From assembly GCA_049521895.1 (NCBI GenBank), contig JBEKOJ010000001.1, positions 34,717 to 98,716 on the forward strand: a stretch of DNA of 64,000 nt, written 5' to 3'. A program made the position numbers and the translations under genes. The DNA is from Candidatus Saccharimonadales bacterium. Lineage in GTDB: Bacteria; Patescibacteriota; Saccharimonadia; Saccharimonadales; UBA10212. The first letter of the stretch is position 1. Each line of letters opens with the position of its first letter. Below the pieces are notes generated by a model. It was not told where the DNA came from. It searched no databases and saw only the letters and a program-made list of their open reading frames with translations. This document shows positions 32,462 to 41,877 of this stretch, piece by piece.

Positions 32462-33736
32462 GTGATGCAAGAGGACGCCAAAGATCTGAAAGTTGAGTTC
32501 CCGAAGGACTTCTTGTGGGGCGCCAGTACCTCTGGACACCAGGTCGAGGGCGGCAACCATGACCAGTGGACAGTTTGGGAATTGTCGCATGCTGAGGAAC
32601 TGGCCAAATCCGCCGAAAAACGCTATGGGCACCTTGTGGCGTGGCCGGATATCAAAAAAGACGCCCAAAACCCACATAATTACATCAGCGGCAAAGGCGT
32701 GGATCACTACCACCGCTACAAAGAGGATTTTGGGCTCGCAAAACAATTGAATCTCAATGGTTTCAGATTTGGGATTGAGTGGGCGCGTCTGGAGCCGGAA
32801 GAAGGCAAATGGAACGAAGTGGCCGTAGAACACTACCGGCAATATATCGGCGAGCTGAAAAAGATGGATATTGAGCCTGTGCTGAACGCCTGGCACTGGA
32901 GTGAGCCAGTATGGTTCGCAGCGAAGGGCGGTTTTAAAAAGCGGGCCAATATTAAATACTTCATCCGGTTTATAGATAAAATTTGCACCGAATACGGTCA
33001 TATGCTGCGCTATTTCATAACCCTGAACGAACCCAACAACTATGCCTCTTTCGGCTACATTCTTGGGACCTGGCCGCCCCAAGAAAGAAGTGTCATTTCT
33101 GCCTCGTGGGTTTATTGGAATCTGGTAATGGCACACCGGCAAGCCTACAAACTGATCAAGCACCGCTACCCGGAGATGCAGGTCGGAATGGCTGCTCAAC
33201 TGGCTAATATCCAGGCTAAACGGCCACATAACTTCTTTGACGAAACAACCACTAAGCTGATGCGCTATTTTTGGAATTGGTGGTTTTTGCGCCGGGTTCG
33301 CAGACAACAAGATTTCGTAGGTTTCAATTATTATTTCACCGATTACTACACCGGCATCTTTAAACGCGAGAACCCAAAAATTCCACTCAGTGATCTGGGC
33401 TGGTATATGGAGCCCGAAGGGTTGTACCCGCTGCTGCTGCGAGTCTGGGCACGCTATAAGAAACCGATTATGATAACCGAGAACGGCGCGGCCGACCGCA
33501 AAGACGAATACCGCCGCTGGTGGATTGAGGAAACGATAGTGGCTATGCAGCGGGCGATGAGCGAGGGCGTAAAAATAAGGGGTTATTTCCACTGGAGCCT
33601 GCTGGATAATTTTGAATGGGCCGACGGCTGGTGGCCGAAATTCGGCCTGATTAAGGTCGATAGAGATAACGGCATGGAGCGAACTATACGCCCCAGTGCC
33701 AAGTGGTTTGCCGAACGCATAAAGAAGTTATCATAG
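32462..33736 (+). CDS. GH1 beta-glucosidase (probable start ATG 32465)
   Basis: Acid/base TLNEPN and nucleophile ITENGAA motifs. N-terminal FLWGASTSGHQVEG. TACAAT sits 7 nt before ATG 32465. Confidence 0.9.
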   Translation: MMQEDAKDLKVEFPKDFLWGASTSGHQVEGGNHDQWTVWELSHAEELAKSAEKRYGHLVAWPDIKKDAQNPHNYISGKGVDHYHRYKEDFGLAKQLNLNGFRFGIEWARLEPEEGKWNEVAVEHYRQYIGELKKMDIEPVLNAWHWSEPVWFAAKGGFKKRANIKYFIRFIDKICTEYGHMLRYFITLNEPNNYASFGYILGTWPPQERSVISASWVYWNLVMAHRQAYKLIKHRYPEMQVGMAAQLANIQAKRPHNFFDETTTKLMRYFWNWWFLRRVRRQQDFVGFNYYFTDYYTGIFKRENPKIPLSDLGWYMEPEGLYPLLLRVWARYKKPIMITENGAADRKDEYRRWWIEETIVAMQRAMSEGVKIRGYFHWSLLDNFEWADGWWPKFGLIKVDRDNGMERTIRPSAKWFAERIKKLS

Positions 33737-33795
33737 GCCTTCCATCCACCCAAGGTGGACTGGCGGCCAATCTATAGATTATCCACAACCTAAGC

Positions 33796-33824
33796 TTGAC
33801 CATTTTAACACTTTATGCTAGTAT
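33796..33824 (+). promoter_or_regulatory. promoter TTGACC-17-TAGTAT, 7 nt before ATG 33832
   Basis: Read directly from the sequence. A perfect TTATCCACA 9-mer lies just upstream at 33779-33787. Confidence 0.5.
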
Positions 33825-33831
33825 TTAATCC

Positions 33832-34140
33832 ATGGCACAAAAACCAACACTGGACATGGGCATATTGGAGTCCCGGTGGGGATTGGATGATACCGAGAAA
33901 GAAGCCACCTCTACCGAACCAGCTACGGGAATTGTCCCAAAGCCAGAAGTCGCAAGAACCACTACACGAAGGCGTCCACGTGGACACGAAAGGCCGCTTC
34001 GGAGCAGAATAAAAATCGTTTTGGCCATTGGCGCTGTTGCGGCCAGCCCTTTTGTCATTAATAAGATTGCGGATTCATTAGGTAACCGAGAAAAAGCCCC
34101 GTGGCAAAACCAGCCAGCTCATATTGAGCCAAACAAATAA
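33832..34140 (+). CDS. small membrane-anchored hypothetical protein
   Basis: 102 aa. Arg-rich stretch followed by TM IVLAIGAVAASPFVI. Confidence 0.4.
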   Translation: MAQKPTLDMGILESRWGLDDTEKEATSTEPATGIVPKPEVARTTTRRRPRGHERPLRSRIKIVLAIGAVAASPFVINKIADSLGNREKAPWQNQPAHIEPNK

Positions 34141-34258
34141 AGCATAGCGTGCATGGCTAGTTGCTCCACACTACATATTGTGCATAGATAGTCGTTATTG
34201 CAAATCTGTGGAAAAGTATTCGGGCGGTCGAACTCCTTTTATGATAAAACACTTGCGC

Positions 34259-34305
34259 GTGGGTAGGTGTGGGTTATATATTGTTAGTAGTGGGTAAAAG
34301 TGGGT
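34259..34305 (+). promoter_or_regulatory. MraZ operator: four direct GTGGGT boxes (spacing 10, 21, 10 bp)
   Basis: GTGGGT at 34259, 34269, 34290 and 34300, upstream of mraZ. Confidence 0.6.
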
Positions 34306-34361
34306 AGCCCAAAATAGACTACCCAGATAAAATAAAAACCACTATTAAAAAATACGCAGCC

Positions 34362-34718
34362 ATGGGAGATTACTTCGAACGCAGACTCGATGACAAACGG
34401 CGGTTATCCATACCGGCTGAGCTTCGAGAGGAATTTGCGTCTGGGGTAGTTCTAACTATTGGCTTCAAGAATTATTTGCACCTCTATCCAAAAGCCGTTT
34501 GGGAAGAGCTGGTAGAGCCTCAGCTCCAGGGGAATATCCTAGATGAGGCCACCGCCGACCTAAATGTCCGCTTCAGGATGGGGAAGACCGATAGCGAATT
34601 AGATACCAAGCAGGGGCGCATACAGATCCCGCAGCATCTTTTAGACCACGCGGGCATCAACCGAGAGGTTGTAGCTATACGCGCCGGACGCTACTGGAGG
34701 TTATCCCGCAAAGAATAA
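34362..34718 (+). CDS. mraZ: transcriptional regulator MraZ (short form)
   Basis: Two SpoVT/AbrB-like DxxxR-type segments (LDDKRRLSIPAELR and DTKQGRIQIPQHL). First gene of the dcw cluster. Confidence 0.75.
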   Translation: MGDYFERRLDDKRRLSIPAELREEFASGVVLTIGFKNYLHLYPKAVWEELVEPQLQGNILDEATADLNVRFRMGKTDSELDTKQGRIQIPQHLLDHAGINREVVAIRAGRYWRLSRKE

Positions 34719-34794
34719 GCCTAATCGTCCGACTATCTGCACCTTAACAACTTAGCCAAAAAGCAAAAAATCTTTTCCTAAGGGAAAAAGAGCA

Positions 34795-35042
34795 GGCGTG
34801 GTCCCGCCAAAGCGGGATTCGGATTTATTCCGAAAGCGCCGATGAGGAAAAACCGTAGGTTTGTCCTCATAGTTTCGAGATCAGCTATTTGGCAGTCAGC
34901 CGATGGAAATCAGGGCAACCACCGTTATCAAAACCCTCGTACTTTTCTCAATCGTAACACCTCCCAAAACTCCACCTCACAAAAGTCTCTCACAAGAACT
35001 TTAAGAGCCCAGGTGCAAGTCCCGCCATAGGCGGGACGCGCC
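34795..35042. repeat. 248-bp inverted-repeat-bounded structured element between mraZ and rsmH
   Basis: Ends are ggcgtggtcccgccaaagcgggat and gtcccgccataggcgggacgcgcc, which are ~24-bp reverse complements. Internal hairpins at 34842-34870 and elsewhere. Confidence 0.45.
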
Positions 35043-35149
35043 CTAAGCTCCAAACTCTCTGTCATCTGACAGGGAAAACAAAAACAAAAACAACGCAAAA
35101 ATAAAAAGCTGGCTGCTGAATAGGTGACCTTGCAAAAACAAAAACAAAA

Positions 35150-36070
35150 ATGTCACAAAATCACCAAAATTTGCCTGCCATGAGCAGGCCGCACCTTCCG
35201 GTATTGCTGGACGAAATCCTGGAATTGCTGGATCCCAGAAAAGGGGAGAGCTATCTGGATTTGACTGCCGGTTATGGCGGCCATGCCCAAGCGGTACTGG
35301 AACAAACCCAAAACCCTAAGGGGGCAATCTTAATTGACCGTGATGAACAAGCCGTAGAATATCTGCGTAAAAAGTTCGCTAACGGACCGGTTGAGATAGT
35401 CCACCAGGATTTTTTGGGCGTATGTCAACGCTTGGCAAGCAAAGGCCGGCAGTTTGACATGATTTTGGCCGATTTGGGCGTAAGTTCACCGCACCTTGAC
35501 CAAGCTAGCCGTGGTTTTAGCATAAATGCCGATGGGCCGCTGGATATGCGTATGGATAGCTCGCAGGATTTGACTGCCGCTACTATTGTCAACCAGTGGA
35601 ATGAGGTTGAAATTGCCAAAATACTTAGAGATTTTGGCGAGGAGCCTAAGGCTGCAAGAATTGCCCGCCAGATAGTCGCCGCCAGGCCACTTAACTCCAC
35701 TAAAGACTTAGCAAAGATTGTCGCGAAGAACTGGCGTGGTTTTAGCCGTGTACATCCAGCTACCAGAACCTTCCAAGCATTACGTATAGCTGTTAATAGT
35801 GAGCTTACGCAACTGGAGCAAAGCCTGCCGTTGATAGCAAGGTTGTTAACTCCAGGTGGCAGAATGGCGCTCATCAGCTTTCATAGCCTGGAAGATCGTA
35901 TCGTTAAACGGTTTTTGGCCGACAACGCCGCCGGTAGTTTTGACGCTGAGCTAAAACTCCTGACCAAGAAGCCCGTCACCGCTAGCACCAATGAAATAGT
36001 TTCCAATCCGCGTGCCCGTAGCGCCAAGCTGCGAGCCGCAGCGAAAATAAAAACCAAAAGAAAGGAATAA
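35150..36070 (+). CDS. rsmH: 16S rRNA (cytosine1402-N4)-methyltransferase
   Basis: Sequence HLPVLLDEILELL ... DLTAGYGGH ... DLGVSSPHLD ... ISFHSLEDRIVK. Confidence 0.9.
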   Translation: MSQNHQNLPAMSRPHLPVLLDEILELLDPRKGESYLDLTAGYGGHAQAVLEQTQNPKGAILIDRDEQAVEYLRKKFANGPVEIVHQDFLGVCQRLASKGRQFDMILADLGVSSPHLDQASRGFSINADGPLDMRMDSSQDLTAATIVNQWNEVEIAKILRDFGEEPKAARIARQIVAARPLNSTKDLAKIVAKNWRGFSRVHPATRTFQALRIAVNSELTQLEQSLPLIARLLTPGGRMALISFHSLEDRIVKRFLADNAAGSFDAELKLLTKKPVTASTNEIVSNPRARSAKLRAAAKIKTKRKE

Positions 36071-36218
36071 CAGGAACAACTCCATGCCTATTCAGGTAAA
36101 GAGTACCTCCCGGACCTACAAAGTCCACGTTAGAGTGCTGAAAGGCCGCTAGCCGGACCGCCGGGAAAAGGCAGCGTCCGCCGATGGTGGGCGTTGCCAC
36201 CAAAATCCAAAAACAACT

Positions 36219-36566
36219 ATGACCTATTCAAACTCTGTCGCTATAAACCGTCGTTCTAATATTCGGCGTAATCAGAATTCAGTGGCTTTTGTAGATACCG
36301 CCCGCACCTTGGGGCCAGTAAGCAATACCATAATCTTGATTATTTTGGCCTGTCTAATCGGCCTGCTATATTTGACTCAAGTAACTAAGACCAACAGCTA
36401 CGGATATATCATTAACAGCTTACAGCAGCAGCAGTCGCAGCTCCAGAGCCAGCAAGCCGATCTGGAAGTCAGCGCGGCACGCTTGCAGTCGCTAGACCGC
36501 GTGGCAAACAGTTCAGCAGCCAAGAGCCTAGTATCTGTTGTTCCATCTGGTTCTATCCAGCAATAA
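36219..36566 (+). CDS. FtsL-like small bitopic division protein
   Basis: 115 aa, single TM followed by a Gln-rich coiled coil. Positioned between rsmH and ftsI. Confidence 0.5.
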   Translation: MTYSNSVAINRRSNIRRNQNSVAFVDTARTLGPVSNTIILIILACLIGLLYLTQVTKTNSYGYIINSLQQQQSQLQSQQADLEVSAARLQSLDRVANSSAAKSLVSVVPSGSIQQ

Positions 36567-36579
36567 TTTACAAACTGGT

Positions 36580-38376
36580 ATGAGTCCATCTGTGTTTGGC
36601 CGTGGCCGCAAGTTCCTGCCCAGCGCCAATCGCCGCCTTAATTGGTGGTATGGCGTGCTGCTGACTATCTGTGTGATCTTTATAGGCCGACTGTTTTATT
36701 TGCAGGTAGTCAGGCACGATTATTATCATCAAGCTGCACTGAGCGACCAGTTAAAACAGTACACTATCGCGCCAGAGCGGGGGATTATTGAGGCTCAGGA
36801 CGGCAACAGCATAGTGCCAGTTGTACTCAACCAAAAACTCTACACGCTGTATGCTGACCCAACACTGGTAAAAAATGCCGATTCGGAGGCAGCCAGACTT
36901 ATAACCATTGCCAATGGCGACGCCAGCCAATACGCCAAACTCATGCAGACTTCTGGGACACGCTACGTTGTTCTAGCCGATAGGCTAAGCGAGGGTCAAA
37001 ATAACCAAATTATGGCTCTAAAACTTCCCGGAATAGGCACTCAGGCGCAGGACTATAGGACTTATCCGCAAGGCACATTGGCTTCGCAGTTGCTGGGGTT
37101 TGTCGACAATAATGGGGCTGGCCAGTACGGTATCGAGCAGGCTCTTAACACGGAGCTGGCTGGCAAGCCGGGCGAGCTCAAGGCTATTACTGATGTCAAC
37201 GGTGTACCACTGGCGGCCAGTAAAGATAACGTGCAAATTAATCCGACACCCGGTGATAATATTGTGCTGACGATCAATCTTGCTATGCAAAAACAACTGG
37301 AAACTATTTTGCAGCAGGGTTTAAAAAACGCTAAAAGCGATTCGGGTAGCGCACTAATAATGGATCCATATACCGGTGCCATTAAGGCTATGGCCAACTG
37401 GCCCACTTATGACCCGGCGCAATATTATAACGTTACGGATCCTAGTGTTTTCAACAATGCCGCAGTTAGCTCGCCGTTGGAAGTTGGTTCTGTTATGAAA
37501 ACCCTTACTGTTAGTGCGGCGCTTGATCTGGGCGTAATTACACCTACCACCAGCTATGACGACCCAGGCCAGTGGCAACTTGATGGCAGCACGGTTAGGA
37601 ATGTTGAAGAAGACGGCGGCCCCGGCGTTCATAACATCGCCCAAGTACTAAACCTTTCCATGAATACCGGAGCAACCTGGATGTTAATGCAAATGGGTGG
37701 CCAGACTGGTGTAGTCAACCAAAAAGCCCGCGACCGCTGGCATGACTACATGGTTAATCATTTTCAATTGGGCAAGCCGACAGGCATAGAGCAGGGCTAT
37801 GAGGCTAGTGGTTATATCCCCAATCCTGATAGCGGCTATGCGCTGCAGCTAACCTATGCTAACACCGCGTTCGGCCAGGCGATGACAGCCACGCCATTGC
37901 AGATGGGAGCGGCGTTATCGAGCATCTTAAATGGCGGTACCTATTATCAGCCGCACCTAGTTGCTAGTACGATTAATGCCAGCGGTAAGACCACGGACAC
38001 TAAGCCAAAGGTGGTAAGGGCCGATGTTGTATCGCCCCAAATCGGCCCCGAACTTGAAGGCCTGATGGAATATGTGCTACAGGGGCACCTGCAAGACGGC
38101 TTTACTTACTTAAAATTTCCAGATAATTACATCGTTGGCGGCAAAACCGGTACGGCTCAAATTGCCGATCCGGCCGGTGGTTACTACAGCGACAAGTTCA
38201 ACGGGGCTTACGTTGGGTTCGTAGGTGGTGATAAGCCCCAGTATGTAATTATCGTGCGCGCCAATGAGCCGGGTATCAGTGGTTATGCTGGTAGCGTAGC
38301 CGCCCAGCCGATTTTTGCCGGCCTGGCGCATATGCTGATAGATAACTTTAATGTTATTCCCAAGAGCGGGACATGA
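36580..38376 (+). CDS. ftsI: class B penicillin-binding protein (FtsI/PBP2 transpeptidase)
   Basis: N-terminal TM, SxxK (SVMKT), SxN-like and KTGTA motifs. ATG 36580 follows the ftsL-like stop. Confidence 0.85.
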   Translation: MSPSVFGRGRKFLPSANRRLNWWYGVLLTICVIFIGRLFYLQVVRHDYYHQAALSDQLKQYTIAPERGIIEAQDGNSIVPVVLNQKLYTLYADPTLVKNADSEAARLITIANGDASQYAKLMQTSGTRYVVLADRLSEGQNNQIMALKLPGIGTQAQDYRTYPQGTLASQLLGFVDNNGAGQYGIEQALNTELAGKPGELKAITDVNGVPLAASKDNVQINPTPGDNIVLTINLAMQKQLETILQQGLKNAKSDSGSALIMDPYTGAIKAMANWPTYDPAQYYNVTDPSVFNNAAVSSPLEVGSVMKTLTVSAALDLGVITPTTSYDDPGQWQLDGSTVRNVEEDGGPGVHNIAQVLNLSMNTGATWMLMQMGGQTGVVNQKARDRWHDYMVNHFQLGKPTGIEQGYEASGYIPNPDSGYALQLTYANTAFGQAMTATPLQMGAALSSILNGGTYYQPHLVASTINASGKTTDTKPKVVRADVVSPQIGPELEGLMEYVLQGHLQDGFTYLKFPDNYIVGGKTGTAQIADPAGGYYSDKFNGAYVGFVGGDKPQYVIIVRANEPGISGYAGSVAAQPIFAGLAHMLIDNFNVIPKSGT

Positions 38377-38428
38377 TGATAAGCAAAAGTGATATAATGC
38401 GGGGAGCAATTTTAAGGAAAAACAGAGA

Positions 38429-39466
38429 ATGAGCAGCTTAGAACTTGTCGTTAATTCCAACACAGTTGAGCAAATCTTTACCTTCGGGTTCTTGAGTTTC
38501 GTCGCCGCCATGGTTCTAACGCCGCTATATACCACCGCGGCTTTTTCCGGCAAGTGGTGGAAACGGGCCCGAACTACGGCTATAACCGGCGAGAAAGCTA
38601 CCGTTTATCAAAAATTGCATGCCGCCAAGCACCAACGGAATATCCCGACTATGGCTGGTATGATTTTTGTTTTGGCGACCGTTCTGGTGACTGTTGCCGG
38701 CAACCTGAGCCGTTCCCAAACCTGGCTGCCCTTAGCAGCTATGGCTGGCGCCGGCCTAATTGGCCTTTTTGACGACATCATTAATATCCGCGGTAACGGC
38801 AACGGCATAGCTGGTATGCGAGCCAAAATTAAGGCGCTGCTGCTAATAGGCATAGCTCTTATAGGTGGCTGGTGGTTCTATTCCAAACTGGGTATAACCT
38901 CAGTGCATATACCGTTTTTCGACACCTGGCATATCGGCTGGTGGATTATCCCGCTGTTTATATTGGTAGTGTTCTCTACAGCTAATGCCGTTAATATCAC
39001 CGACGGGCTGGATGGCTTGGCTGGTGGCCTGACGACTATTGCCTTTGCCGCCTACGCCATCATTTCTCTTATAGAAAAGAAATATGGCCTTTCTGGTTTT
39101 TGCATGACTGTCGTAGGAGCGCTTCTCAGCTATACCTGGTTTAACATCTATCCAGCGCGTTTCTTCATGGGCGACGTAGGCTCCTTTGCACTCGGTACGG
39201 CATTAGGTGTGGTTGCTATGTTGACCGATACTGTCCTGCTGCTACCAGTAATCGGCTTCGTTTTCGTAGCCGAAGCCGGCTCGGTAGTACTACAAATAAT
39301 TAGCAAGAAACTTAGAAAAGGTAAAAAAATATTTTTATCTTCGCCCATACATCACCACTTTGAAGCTCTTGGCTGGCCGGAGACTAAAGTTACAATGCGG
39401 GCTTGGATAATCGGTGAAATTGTTGCGCTGGTCGGCCTGATCATGTTTATCCTCGGAGGACCCTAA
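38429..39466 (+). CDS. mraY: phospho-N-acetylmuramoyl-pentapeptide transferase
   Basis: Sequence NAVNITDGLDGLAGG and FMGDVGSFALG. 10-TM topology. Confidence 0.9.
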   Translation: MSSLELVVNSNTVEQIFTFGFLSFVAAMVLTPLYTTAAFSGKWWKRARTTAITGEKATVYQKLHAAKHQRNIPTMAGMIFVLATVLVTVAGNLSRSQTWLPLAAMAGAGLIGLFDDIINIRGNGNGIAGMRAKIKALLLIGIALIGGWWFYSKLGITSVHIPFFDTWHIGWWIIPLFILVVFSTANAVNITDGLDGLAGGLTTIAFAAYAIISLIEKKYGLSGFCMTVVGALLSYTWFNIYPARFFMGDVGSFALGTALGVVAMLTDTVLLLPVIGFVFVAEAGSVVLQIISKKLRKGKKIFLSSPIHHHFEALGWPETKVTMRAWIIGEIVALVGLIMFILGGP

Positions 39467-39470
39467 GGCC

Positions 39471-40766
39471 GTGAATAGACGTCCGCGGCACAGCCCTAGC
39501 CGCGCTGGCCTGCAGGCCGAAATCAATCACCGGGCGGTTATCGGTAGTCTTGGCCGCCGGCATAAACCGGATTACTGGATATTGATATTGAGCGCACTGT
39601 TGCTAACCATTGGCCTTGTTATAGTCTATTCCATCAGTCCCGGTCTAGCTGCCAGTCAAAATGTTAGCCAGAGCTACTTTATTGTCAAGCAGCTGATTGA
39701 CGTAGTGCTTGGCATTGTCATCTTTGCCCTTGCGGCTTACGTACCACTTAGCGTTTGGTCTAAACTCGCCAAACCGCTAGCAATCGCTGCCGTCATAGGT
39801 TCACTGATAGTTATGTTTACACCCGTAGATGCTGTTTACCAGGCGCACCGCTGGATACGCCTGGGCAGCTTTTCATTCCAGATAGCTGAACTGATAAAAC
39901 TGGCTTTAGTAATCTGGACGGCCGGTTTCTTAGGCCAGAGATGGCGGCAGGGCAGGCTAGCTGATTTTAATGCTACACTTAAGCCGTTACTTTTAGTTTT
40001 GCTGGCTATTGCTGTAGTAGTAGCTAAGTTGCAAAGCGACCTAGGTTCTGCCGGCGTGATGATAGCAATCGTTGGTTTGATGGCATTCTCGGCAGGTATT
40101 CCGCTTAAACGGGTCATGCTAATAGCTGGTTTGATAGTTTTGATAGGTGTCATAGCTATTGCTGGTAGCAGCTACCGGCGCGAACGGGTGACGTCTTTTT
40201 TGCACCCGCAAACACATTGTCAGGGCAACGGTTATCAAGCCTGCCAAGCATTAATCTCAGTCGGATCTGGTGGCTTGGTGGGCCTTGGGCTGGGCTACAG
40301 CGTGCAAGCTTATGGCTATACTCCAGAGGCCTCGAATGACTCCATATTCGCCATTACCGCCGAAGAAGTCGGCTTTATTGGCGCTATGGCTGTTGTTATC
40401 ATTTATGCACTTTTTATTACACGCTTAAAGCGGGTTATAGAACGCGCCGCAGACCAGTTCAGCCGTTTACTGGCGGTGGGAGTATTAGCCTGGCTGAGCA
40501 CCCAGATGATTATCAACATTGGTGCCATGATAGGCCTGCTGCCGCTCAAAGGCATTACTTTACCGCTGATCAGCCAAGGTGGCACTAGCTTGATATTCTT
40601 AGCGGCCGCTCTGGGCATCGTTTTCCAGATTTCACGCTATACTAGTTATGATGTCATCGAACCCAATGCCAGCCCCGCACCAGCGCCAGGCGCTAGTGAT
40701 CATCCTAACCGGTGGGGGATCCGGCGGCCACATAACACCGCTCCTGTCGCTCGCCCACGCACTTAA
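39471..40766 (+). CDS. ftsW: SEDS-family FtsW/RodA peptidoglycan polymerase
   Basis: 10-TM SEDS pattern ... PEASNDSIFA ... LPLKGITLPLISQGGTS. GTG start. Tail overlaps murG. Confidence 0.85.
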   Translation: MNRRPRHSPSRAGLQAEINHRAVIGSLGRRHKPDYWILILSALLLTIGLVIVYSISPGLAASQNVSQSYFIVKQLIDVVLGIVIFALAAYVPLSVWSKLAKPLAIAAVIGSLIVMFTPVDAVYQAHRWIRLGSFSFQIAELIKLALVIWTAGFLGQRWRQGRLADFNATLKPLLLVLLAIAVVVAKLQSDLGSAGVMIAIVGLMAFSAGIPLKRVMLIAGLIVLIGVIAIAGSSYRRERVTSFLHPQTHCQGNGYQACQALISVGSGGLVGLGLGYSVQAYGYTPEASNDSIFAITAEEVGFIGAMAVVIIYALFITRLKRVIERAADQFSRLLAVGVLAWLSTQMIINIGAMIGLLPLKGITLPLISQGGTSLIFLAAALGIVFQISRYTSYDVIEPNASPAPAPGASDHPNRWGIRRPHNTAPVARPRT

Positions 40767-41877
40767 ATCGGCAGACCCTAATTGCAAGCTGGTTTATATT
40801 GGCCTAAAAGGCGAAAAAGTTGAAGGCCTGCAAGACCGGTACCAAGTATTTGACCAGATTAGCTCTGTGCCAGCCGGTAAATTTCGCCGCTACCATGGCC
40901 AAAGTCTTTTGGCGCATCTAACAGATATCAAAACACTCTTTTTGAATGGGCGTGATTTCTTCAGGCTAATTGCCGGACTACATAGTGCCGAAAAACTAAT
41001 CGGGCGGATCAAACCAGACATTATTTTCTCTAAGGGCGGTTATGTAGCCGTGCCAGTCGGACTAGCTGGACACTTGCGCGGCGTGCCAATTGTAACGCAT
41101 GACTCCGACACCGTACCCGGACTAGCCAACCGCATCATTGGCCGCTGGGCTGTAGTACATGCTACTGGCATGCCACCGCAGTATTACAGTTATCCTAAAG
41201 ATGCCGTTGTATATACCGGTATCCCGATTGATGAACGGGTCAAGCCGGTTACTGCCAGTCTTCAAGAGGCGTATAAAAAGGAACTGGGTCTGCCGGCTGA
41301 TGCTCCGATGCTACTGGCTGCCGGAGGCGGCCAAGGAGCCCAGCAAATTAATAGGCTTATGCTGGCCATTGTCCCTAGGCTTCTAGCCGTCAATCCTAGG
41401 CTGCGCATCGTTCATATTGTAGGGGTTGGTATAAGCGGCCAGATGAGCGAACAAGAGATTAAACAGGCTTATACTAGCTCGCTGCCGGCCGAAGACTACG
41501 AGCGTATAACTACCATGAGTTTTACCAGCGATTTTCATAAGTATAGCGGCGCTGCGGATTTGATTATCACCAGGGCAGGGGCTAGCGCTTTGGCGGAGTT
41601 TGCCCTGCAGGCCAAAGCCTGCATTGTTATACCAGGCTCAGTTCTTGCGGGCGGCCATCAGCTCAAAAATGCCCAGCTGCTTAAAAAACTGCATGCTGTC
41701 AAAGTGTTGCCAGCGGACGCAGGTTCGGAGCAACTACTCAAACTTACTTCTGAGCTGTTAAATAACCCTTCAACCCGTACTAAAATGGCAGCCAATCTCA
41801 GTTTAATCGCCAAGCCCAATGCTGCTAAAGATTTAGCCGCAGTAGTTCTGGAACAAGCAAGAAAGAACAGACCTTGA
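40648..41877 (+). CDS. murG: undecaprenyldiphospho-muramoylpentapeptide beta-N-acetylglucosaminyltransferase
   Basis: Sequence LTGGGSGGHITP, a G-loop of GT28 type. C-terminal ITRAGASALAE. Confidence 0.85.
   Translation: MMSSNPMPAPHQRQALVIILTGGGSGGHITPLLSLAHALKSADPNCKLVYIGLKGEKVEGLQDRYQVFDQISSVPAGKFRRYHGQSLLAHLTDIKTLFLNGRDFFRLIAGLHSAEKLIGRIKPDIIFSKGGYVAVPVGLAGHLRGVPIVTHDSDTVPGLANRIIGRWAVVHATGMPPQYYSYPKDAVVYTGIPIDERVKPVTASLQEAYKKELGLPADAPMLLAAGGGQGAQQINRLMLAIVPRLLAVNPRLRIVHIVGVGISGQMSEQEIKQAYTSSLPAEDYERITTMSFTSDFHKYSGAADLIITRAGASALAEFALQAKACIVIPGSVLAGGHQLKNAQLLKKLHAVKVLPADAGSEQLLKLTSELLNNPSTRTKMAANLSLIAKPNAAKDLAAVVLEQARKNRP

Noticed and set aside
32408-33592. 394-aa ORF on the minus strand
   Set aside because: It is fully antisense to the GH1 beta-glucosidase, whose + frame carries the diagnostic NEP and ITENG motifs. 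The antisense product is low-complexity with no motifs.
34842-35030. 62-aa ORF between mraZ and rsmH
   Set aside because: It lies inside the inverted-repeat-bounded element, has no start signals, and its sequence is a low-complexity basic/Asn/Gln-rich string.
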